NCBI GenBank assembly: GCA_002104945.1
Contig: MCFH01000028.1
Span: forward strand, 124,001-188,000
Reading direction: 5' to 3'
Source of the DNA: Piromyces finnis finn
Taxonomy: Eukaryota; Fungi; Neocallimastigomycota
Length of the DNA: 64,000 bases
Below, piece after piece: positions 42,381 through 62,747 of the stretch; the stretch's first letter is position 1, and every line of letters begins with the position of its first letter. The translations under genes and the position numbers were made by a program. The notes beneath the pieces are model-generated. The model did no database searches and was not told the origin of the DNA. It saw nothing but the letters and a program-made list of their open reading frames with translations.

Positions 42381-42994
42381 AATGAAAATAATTTATTTAA
42401 TGCATATTATATCAAATATAACTATTAATTCTATAATCATATTCTATTATCGTCTATTTATTAATTGTAAGATATCTATTAATTATTTTTATATAGAGTT
42501 TTTATGTAAATATTTTTTTTTTTTTTTAAAAAAAATTAATATAAAATTAATAAAAATTTAATAATAACGTTTTAATATATTTTATTGGAATTTTAAATTT
42601 TAATTTTGTATTAATAAAAATATTGTATATAAAAAGTATATTTAAATAAATTTAATTCAACTATTTTTTATATATATATTAAAATTATTTTTATTTTTTT
42701 TTTCTTTTTTTATAAAAAAAAAAGGAAAAAAAAAGTAAAAAAGAAATAATAATAATTAAAATAAAAATTAATATAATAAATTATTAAAAAAAGTCAATAT
42801 AATAATATTTATAGTAATAAATTAATTTTATAATATCATAAATTTAATTTTATATTTCAATAGAAAATTATATTTTAAAAGTATATATATATAAATAACC
42901 CGAAAATATCGAAAAGAGAGAAGTAAATATAGAGAAGATAATAATTATTTCAGCAATAATAGAAAATAGTACAATTTATTAATAAAAGGTTCAA

Positions 42995-46973
<3,979 letters not shown>

Positions 46974-47309
46974 TTTAGCTTTTTGTATATGAAAACTATC
47001 TAAAATTGTAATAAAAGTTTGATAAAGATTAATATTAAAAAATAAAATAAATATTAATTAAATAATTAATTAAATCACACACACATATATATACTATCGG
47101 TATTTATATAAAATGGTTATAAATTCATATATATTTAGTATAATTTAATATAATTAATTTATATTTTATTATTATTTATTATTATGATTATTTTTATATA
47201 AAAATTTTTTTATAGTTAATTTTTATAAATTTATTACTTTTTAATAATACATGATTTTATATGATTTGGTAATTTCATGATTTTAATTTAGTAACAAATA
47301 ATTTTAAAT

Positions 47310-48052
47310 TTACATTGGTGGTGGAGGTGGAGGAGGTGGAGCTCCTGATGAAGAAACATTAGGTGGAGGAGGTGGTGCATTTGTTGCCATTGGTGGTGGA
47401 GGTGGAGGTGGTACACTACTTACTTCACTAATAGTGTTTGTTTGTCTATTGTTCGTTTCTTGAGATAATAAGCTTTGATTATTTATTGGATTAGTAATAT
47501 CACCTCCATTTAAAACTGAATTAGTCTACAAATTTTTTTGAAGTTAACCCAAATGAATTGTTATAATATAAATAGAAATTTTATATAAAAGATATAAGAA
47601 AAATTATTAAATAAAAGTTTATATAAAACTATAACAATATATTATATATTATATATTATATATTACTCTGCATTCAAGTAATGAAAGATTTTTTTCTATT
47701 AGAGAAAGTTTTTCATTTAGTGCTGCAAGTTTATACTGTGTATTTTTTTCTATATATTATCGAAAGCATTTATAAAGATATTTTTAAAGTTTTTTTTTTT
47801 AAACAAAATTTGATTAATGTGAATGTGAATAGTTATTGGTAATATAAATTAATATTTATGAAAAGAATAGGAATTAAGAATTTTGTAATAGTAATAATAA
47901 TAAGACATATTTAATTCATATTTATAATTGTATATATTAAAAGTACCAATATCAGTTAAAAATGTCGAAAGTTGTGTTAATCCATTAGATATAACTTCTA
48001 TAAATTCTCTGTCTTCCCAGTTCTCTTTTACAAGAGTATTTAAACTAGTCAT
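47310..48052 (-). CDS. BRK1: BRICK1/HSPC300 (SCAR/WAVE complex subunit) with a polyproline C-terminal extension, 134 aa; 3 exons (48052-47947, 47749-47667, 47525-47310)
   Basis: ENWEDREFIEVISNGLTQLSTFLTDIEKNTQYKLAALNEKLSLIEKNLSLLE matches BRK1 (DWANREYIE..RLATLNEKL..LERRIEYIE); in-frame GT-AG introns. Confidence 0.85.
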
Positions 48053-49302
48053 TTATTATTCTTATTATTTTATTTTTTTTATAAAATGAAAAAAAATAAA
48101 CATTATTTAAAGAAAAGTAATTTATTACTTTGTTATTAAGATTATTTAGCAAAAATTATACTTTTTATAAAAATTATATAATATACGGAGTTAAAAAAAT
48201 ATTATATTTGCAAAACTAGGCTATTTTATTAATAATTCAAGTTTACATTTTATAAAAATAATAAGAATAAAGTTATTAAAATGATTTATCTAGTTTTTAT
48301 CATCATCATTATAATATTGCCATTGCCATTATCACCATCATTATTATATCGTTATCATTATTAATATTACTATTATCATTATTATTTTTTAAAAAAAAGG
48401 AAATTACATATATATATATAATAGATTGAATAAATTATAAATAATGTATTTATATATTTAACTCGCTAGTTTATTGCTATATTAACCATAATATTTTATT
48501 TTTATAATTTTAAATAAAAATAACTAATAAACTTGAATATGAAGTATTTGATATACTATGGATGTAGAATGTAGCAAAAAAGCTTTTAATTTAATATTCT
48601 CATGTATCACAAAATATTTAAATTAAAAAATTAAAAAAATATTAATATAAATCATAAAAATAGTTTAAAAAGAAATCTAAACATTTAATTATATATACTT
48701 TTTTCTTTTATTATTATTACTATTTATACTATTTATTTTACTACTAATATTTTATTGCTACCAACATTACTATTTTTATTTATTAATATAATAAATAATA
48801 TTCTGGTTATAATAATATAAACACATACATTTAACCACTAACCTTTTTCTTTTTTATACAAAAAATAATTTATTAATAATTAATTTTTTTATTTAAATTA
48901 AAAAATTATATTTTACAAATTTTATTTTATATTAAAGATTATATAAGTCTTTTTTTTGTATTTCTAATTTCCATACATAATTTTGCTTTGCTTTTTTTTT
49001 TTTTTTTAGAAAAAGTAATAAGAAAGGAGCAAAGAAATAAAAAGTGTAAAATTTAAACCGAAAACAATTGAAAATAATATAAATTATTATCATTCTAAAA
49101 TTATATATTGAAATTTAAATTTTCAATTACTATTGATTAAACTCAAGCTAATAATAATATCAAAGTTATTACTATTTCCTATTCTTTCTTCTTCTTTTTT
49201 TCTTCTTTAAAAAATAACACTAAGGAAGTATACATTTAAAATAAAAAACATTATTGTTTATTTAAAGTTTATAATAAAATATTATAATTAAGGAAAAATA
49301 AA

Positions 49303-50175
49303 ATGTCAGCAACTGTTTTTATTACATTTCCAGATAATCGTAGAAAAGTAAATATATATAGAAATTTAATTATTTATTATTTTATTAAATTCTTAAATAA
49401 CATATATTTAACAAATAACATTGCTAATAAAGCCATATAAGGTTACACCTATGATGACCTTACAAACTATATTGGTTAATGCTTGTAAAGATGCTAAAAT
49501 TGACAATCCCGAAACTTTTACATTAAAGTTATTATTGATATATGAGAAATAAAAAATATAATAATAATTTTTAGGATTAATTATTAATTAAACAAATAAA
49601 TATAACTAAAATATATAGGGAAAATCGTAAGGAATTAGATTTAACTTTACCATTTCGTTTTACAAATCTTGCTCCTGGTGCCAAATTAACCTTAGTTAAA
49701 TCAACAAAACGTATGTATATTAGAAATGTTGAAACATTATATATTTAACAATTATTTAAATATTCAATGAAATGTAAATGCTTTTATAATATAATAAGCT
49801 GTTAAGAGTGCAGCAAAAGTTTTAATAGCATTGCAAATGCCAGAAGGAGGTAGATTAAATGACAATTTCTTAATAACTACTACTTTATGGGATGTTTTGT
49901 TACATTTTGAAGAAAGATCAAAAGGGTTAGTTTATATTAGTTTATTATGTTGTATATACTTATAATAAGTAAATAGGTTTAATATTGTTAATAATGCTTA
50001 ACATTTAAATTTAGTGCATTAAATTTAACAAGAAAAGTTGAAAAGGAAAGTTCTCCAAAGAATACTTTAAAAAAATTAATTAAATCTGATAAATATGTGT
50101 ATGTTCAACCTGTTTGCATAGTATTGAATAAAGAGGTAAATTCCTGGGTTTAATTAAGAATAAATAGTTTTATTA

Positions 50176-50206
<31 letters not shown>

Positions 50207-52057
50207 TTTAGATTTAAAATAATTCATTAAGTAATTATAAGTAAATAAAATCTCTAAAATTTAATTTTATTTTACAGTATGGTACTATAGAAGATCTAAA
50301 GAAGACAACATTAAAAAGTGCTGGTATTAATGAAGATACAATGATTAGGATGCTATTTAAGTTTACAGATAAGTCTTTAAATGATGTTCTTCCATTAATA
50401 GAAGCTGATATATCAAATTCAAATAATACTACTTCAGATATACAAGTTCCTAAAAAGGAATTGCCAAAACAAGAAAGTTTAAGTCAAAATAATTTGAAAA
50501 ATAATTCTTCATTAGCATCTACTAACAATGAGAATAAAAAAATAAAAGTACAACCACCAATTCAACCATCAGCTCAACCTCTAGTTCAACAACAAATCCA
50601 ACCACCAACTCAACCATCAGTTCAACCTCCAGTTCAACAACAAGTTCAACCACCAACTCAATCATCAGCTCAACCTCCAGTTCAACAACAAGTTCAACCA
50701 CCAACTCAATCATTAGTTCAACCTCCAGTTCAACAACAAGTTCAACCACCAACTCAATCATCAATTCAGCCATCAATTCAGCAACAAAAAAATAATAATT
50801 TAAATGATGAAAAAATAGTCCTTGAAAAGATTAACAGAAATATTCAATTTTATAATCCACCAAGAGATGACACTATCCAATATAATAAAAGTATGGAAAA
50901 ATTAATGAATTCAAGTTTTATATTAAATTTCATCTATTTAATGATAACTTATTTTTTATTTTTATTTTATATTACTAAAATACATAGTTGATCTTCCTGA
51001 TTCATTTTTTGAACTTTCACAGTTTGAAATGCGCCTTTTAATAAGTCAACAAACCAAAAAGCAAAAAGAATTAGAAAATATGCCATTAAAAACAAAGGCT
51101 ATGAGAGAACAAGAAGATGAACAAAAAAGAAAAAAATATCCAAAGGTAATTATTTATTACATAATTATTAAATTTTAAATTTTATCATAATGGTTATTCC
51201 AGTGTGAATATTAAAAATTATGCTTTTTAAAATTTAGTGTCTTATTCGTGTTAAATTCCCAAACAGAGTTATGATTGAAATTACATTTTTATCAAACGAA
51301 TTAGGTAAAGTTAAAATAAAATAATAATTTACAACTAATAATAATTATTATTAAATTAATTTATTTTCATTATTTTTCCTAATTATTTTTTCTATTAATA
51401 ATATAGTTTCAGATTTATATAAAGAAGTTGAAGCTGTTCTTTATTCTAAGGATAAACCATTTTATTTATATACTACACCACCAAAGGCTATTTTATCTGA
51501 TAAATCTAAAACCTTATGGAAAGCAGGTCTTGTTCCATCATCCAATGTTTACTTTAATTGGAGTGACGAAAAAGATAAAGAATTAGGTATTTTATATTAT
51601 TTCGTTTATTTCCACATTATCATTATCATCATCTTCATAGGTTTATTAATTAAATAATATAAAATTAAATATATAATAGAAAAAAGATTTTTAGCTCCAG
51701 AATATGAAAAGCAACTTAAAGATTTAAATATAGAAAATACACCTGTTAAAGTACCAGCTCAAAACAATAGAAATAATTATAATGGTGCTGCTTTATCAGG
51801 AGCAAGTTCTGGTCATTCATTAAGTAGTAGCAGCAATAATATTTTGAATAGATCTAATAATAATATTTCGAGTATGTTATTATTTATTTATATAAATATA
51901 TTACCTGTTTCTATAAAATATATATTTTTTAAAGTATAAATTTACTAATTATTAATTTAATAATAATAATAAAGGATTGAGTTCTGATAGTAATAGTAAT
52001 TCTGACAATAGAAAATCAACAAAAATGAAGATGCCAAAATGGTTTAAACTTCAATAA
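49303..52057 (+). CDS. ASPSCR1/TUG/UBX4-like UBX-domain Cdc48/p97 cofactor; multi-exon
   Basis: N-terminal UBL (KVTPMMTLQTILVNAC..LDLTLPFRFTNLAPGAKL), DLPDSFFELS, PLKTKAMRE, UBX (IRVKFPNR..FYLYTTPP..LVPSSNVYF), C-terminal PKWFK. Confidence 0.75.
50545..50790 (+). repeat. Coding 48-bp tandem repeat (QPPTQSSAQPPVQQQV x ~5)
   Basis: Visible in ORF 50341..50991. Confidence 0.85.
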
Positions 52058-53940
52058 TTTTATCACTAAAAACATGCATTTAAATTTTTTGTACCAGAGG
52101 AATAAAAATAACAAATTAATTATTTTGAATGATATATTAATAAAAATAAAACAAAATAATATATATAGTTTAATAAAACAACATAAATGATGATAATAAA
52201 TAATATGTCAGTATATCTATTGTTGAAATTAAAAATTATATAAATACCTTTTTTACAATCATATGAATTACTATGAAATTTAAATGTTTTTTAAGATTTA
52301 ATTAAATCAAATTATAAATTTATGAATGAATAATGCTTGATAAAAAGTATATATAATCAGTAAAAAATTAATTCAAATCAAGATCCAAAAAAAAGCATAG
52401 TTTACATTATTTTTGAATTATTTTGAAGAAGATATAGAATATGTATGAACACACTTTTTCGATAAGATTTAACATTTCTCTTTTTATATATTATATATAC
52501 TCATTTTTTTATTTTAAATCATAGTAATAAAGTTTATTAACTATATGATAAAATCATATCATTTCAAAAAGGAATGAAAAATATTTATAGAAAAGCTTAT
52601 TCTATAAAAAAAAAGAATTATTTTTCATTATTAATAATGCTATTATTTTGTGGCTTGGATTATAAAAACATATAGAAACTTTTTTGCATGCTTTTTATTT
52701 AGCCTATGCTTAGAAGTTGAGTTTTTATTTTATTTTGAAAATACTTTTTAAATTATAATATTTTAAGAATGAAAATGGAATGAATTATTATAGTAGCATT
52801 TTAAAGGTGCTTTTTACATCAATAGACAAATTACATAATACATCATTTATACATTAATATATTAAAAAATATAATTAATATATTCTAATATATATAATGT
52901 ATTATAAAAGTATTAGACTATATTTTGATGTGATGAAATTTATATAATTAGAATTTTAAAGTTTAAATCGTGGAATTGGATGATGTGGCTTGAATTATTA
53001 ATTAATCTTAATTATATTTTATTCTTTTTCAATAAATGAATTAATATACTCTGAATATATAATCAATGGATATAATAATATAATATGTTTTATTTTTATT
53101 TTTATTATATATATTTTGAAAATTTCTTTTATATTTAGTTATATATTAGAAGTTTAATAATTATTATTTGCTTTTTATATATTAATTCAATATTTAATAT
53201 AATAAAAACATTAAAAAAAAAAAAAAAAAAATGGAAAGTTTATACTTTTTTTTTTATATATAAATATATAGATTATTAGATTACAACATAAATAATTTTA
53301 AATTAATGGAAATATTATAGAGTAACAAATTAGAAAAATTATATATAAAAGAAAGTAAAAAAAAAAAAAAAAAAAATTTAATTATATATTTTATAACAAT
53401 AAAAGTAGAATATAATTAATTTATCTTTAAAAAAATTATATCAATTGATGTATACGTATATTCAAATAAATTAAATAATTAGGAAAATTCTTAAATATAA
53501 ATCATAATTGATTTGTATATACAAAAGATTAAATTTAAATAATATAGACATTTATATTTTTGAATAAAATAACAAAATACACTAATTGAATAGAATTAAA
53601 GAGTATATAAAAATCAATTTAATGAAGTAAATTTTATTAAAAAATTATAACAATTTTGAATTGCCAATGAGAAATCAATTTAAACTTATAATTTTTAAAG
53701 TAGATTCATCTTTAAAGGATTTTATCAAATTAAATTGATTTTCTTTTTTTTCTTTTTTCTATAATTAAATTCATCATCCAATTCCAAATTGTTATAATTT
53801 TTTAAGAGTTATTTATTTAATTGTAATTTAATATAGTGAATATTATAATAAATAATTACAAGCAATTGATAACAATAGAGTAAATATAATTTATATTATT
53901 TATTCTCCCAATACTTCAAATAATTATATTTATATATCAA

Positions 53941-56163
<2,223 letters not shown>

Positions 56164-56868
56164 ATATATAAACCATCAAACAAACAAATATTAATATTTT
56201 TTTTTTTTTTTTTTTTATTTTTTTTTTTAAAAAAAAAATAATATACCATATTTATTATCAAATTTTATTTTTATTTTTCAAATATTTTATAGAATATCAG
56301 AACTTTTTATTTATGTTATAGACTAATTTATCATTGTTCATTTTTTTATATTTTTATCTTTTTATCTACTTTTTCCTTTTCACTATATCTTTATATATTT
56401 AAAGATAATAATTAATTTTATAAACATTTTTATATATTACATTTTAGTAAAATATACAAATTAATATTTTAAGCATTAACGATTAAATGATTTTTAATGA
56501 TATTTAATGATACTATTATCGATTTTTTTTTTTTTAATCATTGTAATATATAATAGCAATTGTTAACAATATTTTCATATTAATAATTAATATTCCAAAC
56601 TATATTAAATATTAAATAAAATTTATACCTCAAAGATAGAATCAAAACATGAACTAATGTATGTCACATAACTACTATATAGCACTTTGTATATATAGTT
56701 GGAATAACACAAAAATCAAATCAAAACAAAATTCCATGTAAAATGTATATATATATATATATATATATAACAATTTAATTTTTATTTTTTTAAAAAAATT
56801 TTATTATATTGCTGTATAATATAATGAATTTATTTTGTAAAAAAAAAAAAAAAATTATGAATATTTAA

Positions 56869-56901
<33 letters not shown>

Positions 56902-56972
56902 TATTCTGTATTATTGTTAATGTTAATGGTGCAAAAATAAAAAGTATTTTTCTTAATATATTTTTTTAATTA

Positions 56973-59400
56973 TTATTTCTTTGATTTGAATCCACTAAAG
57001 TATCTATCTGAAATTTCCTTTAGTTTTTGTTGTGCTGTTTCAGGGTTTTCTAATTCAATACCTTGAACAGGTGTAAAAGCGATAGAGGATGATAAACCCG
57101 AAGTGGCTCCTGATGATCCACCCATCATACGTTGACGTTTTGGATTAAGTTTAACTAATATTGCATAAATAATATTACAAAGTAATTATTTAATAAATTA
57201 TTTTAATATATATGTAATTTATTTATTATTATTATTTTATTATTAACTTATACATACTTTTAGTTCTTGGATCATTTTGGAATGCTCTAATTTTACCACT
57301 TTGTCTGATTAAACCAAGTCCTTCTGTTGAATCAATACCTGATACTTCATCTTCTTGGACACCAAAACTCATTCTATTTTGAGCTTTTCTTAATTCAGTT
57401 ACAGCATATGATTCTTTCATTCTTCTTACTCTGTTAATTCATTGTATTCATAAATTCAAAACGATTTTTAGTAAAATTTAATAAATATTTAAAATGCTTT
57501 ATTAAAATATATTGAAAATGTTTTTATTAATTTTTTAATTAACCTTTTACCACCACGTCTCTTCTTAGGACCATCATCTGGAATTGGTAAAGCTTTAATT
57601 GTTTTACTTGGTGGTGGTTCTTGCATTTTTTCAATCTTTTTTTCTACTTCTTCTAATAATTTCCTTCCTATAGATCCGTCCATTGATTCTCTACTTCTAT
57701 CAATACGAGCAGCAAGTGTAACTCTATTTAATTTTTATGTTTTACGATATAAATTTGAAAAAAAAAAAAATTTTAATTTTTTTTTTTTTTTGAAACTTAT
57801 TATAAAAATATTATTAATTATTCTTACTTTGCTGCAACTAAACGAGTTGCTTTCATTTTATATTCTGGTGGTGTTCTATTAATGATATCGGAATAATAGA
57901 TAAAACCAGTATGTCTTTGAACACCAGCTGCTGATAAACCTGTATTTGTTTTTTTGGTTGCACCTAAAACTTGAACATTACATGCTGGAATCTTACTCAA
58001 TGCTGTGAGACCACCAGCTACCCCCATTAATTTTGCTGCTGTTGAACTACCAACAATTATTGAAATGTTTGGAGCAATAAATGACATTCTTGACTCAACA
58101 TATTCAAAAATCTTGATATAAAAAATATAAACAATTGAGTTTTGATGAATAGTATTTAATTTTATTTTTTAAATGCTTATGTCAGGATTGATGTACTAAA
58201 AATAGTATTAACAAATATTTACCTTTTTTTCATCTGATTCTAATTTAAATGCCATATCACATGCATCTAAAACTTTTTTAATTTCAGTTTTACTTAATGG
58301 TTTACCAATACTTGTAGTAGCTGTTACAGCAACAATCATTACAATTTCAGATGGTAATATTTTTCTTAAATCAACTTGTGTTAAATCCTTTTTAATAATA
58401 TTAAATAAAATATTCATTTATAAAGATTTTAAATAAATTTAAAATTATTACTACTATTATAATAATAATAATAAAAAAAAAGTATTATAAAGGGATTTCA
58501 TTTAAAAAAAAATTAATTTTACTACCTGTGCATCACCAATTTCTTTAACAGCTCTAATATAATTCATTGGTTGTGGAATCAAAGATTCTAATTCTGGAAA
58601 TCTAGCTTGATAATGATCTCTAATATACTATTTATTCATTGTTAAACATTTAATAAAAATTTTAATTTGATGAAATTGAAATTTGAATTTCATAATTTTT
58701 AAATTTCTACAATTAATAATTACTTTATGAATAATTAATATTTCGTCATCTATATCTGCTGTCATATTATTTGCTTTAACAATAGTATCATATTCTGGAT
58801 CTTCTTCAACTGGTCCTGTATTATGATATTCTGTACGTGGGATGGATTTAAAATATTCAATTTTCTTTATGAATTAATTAATAAATATAAAATTGAATTT
58901 GATATAATAAAAAATTATAATAATGTAATAATATTATTAATAAAAAATATGTACGAATAATTAATTGTTTATTATTATTTATAGTACTATTTGTGAATTT
59001 TTTATTATTTAGTAATAATAAAAGAATTTTGGAAATAAAACATTTTTAAAATTTGAAATTAAATTATTAAATTCTTTTTATATAATGAAATAGTCAATAA
59101 AATATTTACTTCCATAATATCTTTTAATTGTTTTGATGAAGCTAATTTTGCTATACTTTGAACATCATCTTTTCCTGTCAGTGCTACTTTTATTGCCATT
59201 TCTTTTTCTTCTTCAAGATCAATAGGTTTGTCTGTATTAATGTTTTGGCTATTATTTTCTTCATTTAAGTCATCTAAGTCATCTAGGTCGTCTAAATCGT
59301 TCAATAAGTCATCATCATTATTTTTATTTTCTTCAGTTTCTTCTAATTCATCTTCACCAAGATCATCAAGATCTGCTATTAATTCATCTGCTAATGACAT
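56973..59400 (-). CDS. PRPF31: U4/U6.U5 tri-snRNP protein Prp31; multi-exon
   Basis: [11 protein letters not shown] start, NOP domain ([30 protein letters not shown]), [33 protein letters not shown]. Confidence 0.93.
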
Positions 59401-59541
59401 CTTATTATTATACTATACTATTTACTTATATGTATAAAAAAAACCCAAAATAAAAAAAAAATTTTTTTCTTTAATAAAAATATCTCCAATTTAATTATTT
59501 ATTATTCAAAAACAAAACATAAATAAATGAAAATTTAATAT

Positions 59542-59572
<31 letters not shown>

Positions 59573-59704
59573 CACATTTGATTATATACAAATTCAATTT
59601 TATTCAAAAATAATAAAACACTAAATGGGAATATGAGTTTATTTTATTATTAATAAATGCTTTTATTTAAAATTTAAATAAATTAATATTATATATATTT
59701 ATCA

Positions 59705-62699
59705 TTAATCTCTTATACGTAAGTATTTTGGTGGAGATATACAACGTTTTAATTTTTTAATTATATACAATGGAAGACATGAGACCACTGTAATAGCAGC
59801 AACTTTCCATACAAAATCGATAGTGAAAATAAAATGTAAATCTATTAAAGACAAAATAACATATATTAATAATTTATTTGAAATATATCTATTTATAGAA
59901 TGAAATTAATATATGTATTTATTAACATACCAAAATCTGTTTTTAAATAGAACATTGAAAAAATGTAGAAAAATAGTGTAACAACTTCAGCTAAAATCAT
60001 TGTTTTATGCCTAAATATATGAAATAATAATCATTAAAAACTTTATCATCATAATTATCTTTTTTAAATATTTATTTTTATTTACCATGTTTTAACTTCA
60101 AAAGCAACCATAAGTAATTCATTTAAAATCAATGCTGTAAAAGTAATAGATTTAATATTTTGGAATTGATCTTCAAAAAGTAAAATTGATCCCGTCATAA
60201 TAATACCCCCTTGATAAACACTAGTAAGGGCCCATTGGAAAAATGTTTTAAAAGAAAGAGATCTACCTTTTAATAATTCCTTGTAGAGTTCTGGATATTT
60301 CATTGCTGTTGCAAAATTAATATCTTTATCTAATACTAATGAAAATACTGGACCACTTGTAAATACTGTTGCATAACCAACAAGTAATAAACCCTAGCAT
60401 AAATTAAATGAAAATTTATTAATTAATTAAAAATTTAATTTTAATTATATTTTATTCAATATTCTTTTATGTTATTTACTTGATATAATGCAATTGGGGC
60501 AAAATAATACAACGCTGAGAAAACTGTTTGAATAACGGCAATAATCAATCCACGATGTATAATAAATTGAGATAATGATGCTGATCTTTTATCTAATAAC
60601 ATTAATAATAATAATAATAATAATTTAATATATTTATATATTAAAAAAAAAAAAAAAAACATACTCTATTAAATTTTTGAATTATACTTACAACTATTTC
60701 TTCCATGCCATAATAATAAAGGAGCAAGGAATTGGAACTGATTAATTGAAAAATCTGCTGCCAATGAGGCTTGTTTTCCTTCTTTACCAACAATACCAAC
60801 ACCTAATTAATAACAACAAATTAAAATAATTAAATAATCAATCATGTTTACATTATATTTTATTAAATCATATTATATTTATAAGACTTACCAACATCGG
60901 CAGATTGAATCATACTAACATCATTACCACCATCACCAATAGCACAAACACAATTATTTATTTTTGATTTTATTAATTTTGTAACATCAGCTTTTTGAGT
61001 TGGGGAACAACGACAACATACAACAGCAGGTAAGTTTTTAGTAGTTTCATAAAATAAATCTTTGCAGCTTGTTAGACAAAGTTGTAATGTTTCACCATCA
61101 ATAACTAAACATGAATCACTCATAGAACTTAATCCTACTAATTTTTCTTTTAGTTCTGTTAAGTCATGTATTTTACAAAATTGTACAATTGAACTATTTC
61201 TTGAAACTAACTTTGATGATACTGCAATACAAGAAGCTGTTTCTACTTTATCCCCTGTTAACATCCATATTTTTATTCCCGAGTTTCTTAATAATTCTAA
61301 TGTTGGTTTTACATTATCTTGTAATTTATCCTCAACACCAGTTAAACCCAATAATTCTAAATCATTTTCAATAGTATTTTGTACTTTTTCCATTTCTTCG
61401 TTTCTTTCAACAACACTTAATTTGGCTTGATCGTATTTTTTTTGGAACTCTTCATAAACATCATATGTAAGTTTTTTTCTAGCAATTACTAATGTTCTCA
61501 AACCCTTACGACCCATATTACCACATTCTTCATCCAACCTGTAAAATAAATGTATATCAAAAATAAAAAATATTATATAAATAATTTACAACTTTTTTCA
61601 TTAGCAATTGAATATTCAAATGGATTTAAATATCAAATTATATTTACCAATCATTAAATAAAACCATCTTGGAAAGTACAGAATCAGCACCTTTCATATA
61701 AAATATAATTTCATTGGTAATATCATCTCTTACTATAATACCCATTCTTTTTGTCTCACTAGTGAATGGGAAAATTTCTAATATTGTAAATTCTATAATT
61801 GTATCGATAGGGGTTCTCAATTTTAATTTCTTAGTATCTCTATAAATGAGGGTCATTCCAATTTCTTCTGTCCATTTAACAATAGCAATTTCATCTGGGG
61901 ATGAAGCTTCATATGATAATTTACCATCTTCTGATATTATTGGGGTGACATTATGACATATAGCTAATGCTAAGACAATATCTTTAATACGATTTGCCAT
62001 ATCTTTTGAACGTTTGAAACGCATATTAACTTCATTTTGATTTTCATATATCATTAATAAATTAGATCTGATTTCCTCCATTGCTTCAGTTGTATATGAT
62101 AAAGTACCCAAGTGAATTTGTTTTAATTCCATTTCTGTAAAATATATTGAATAATTACAACATTAAATAATTAATTTATATATTAATTAGGAATAATTAA
62201 TTAAATAATTTCTCGATTAAAAATATAAATTACCATTTTTTGTTAAAGTTCCTGTTTTATCTGATAAAATATATTCTACTCTTCCTAATTCTTCAGGAAT
62301 TGTACTGGTACGAACTATAGTTTCTGGAATATTTTTATCATGCATAATATCATATGAATAATAAGTTTTTCCTAAATCGAGATTAACACGTAAACTATAT
62401 TAAATAAAATTTTAAATACAAAAATTATAACAATTAAATATATATAAATAAATATAAATAAATTGGTCATTTAATATATATATGGATATAAATGTATAAA
62501 TAATTAAAAAAAATTACCTAATGGGAATAATTGATGAAAGAATAATTAAGAATCTTAACAAAGAAATATACCATATTCCTCTAAAATTATTTATTGCAAT
62601 TAATGCTAATGCTAATGAAAATGTTACTATACATAAAATCTATTATTTAATAATAGTATAAATATACATATATGATTTAAAATTTAATATCAAGGGAAA

Positions 62700-62747
<48 letters not shown>

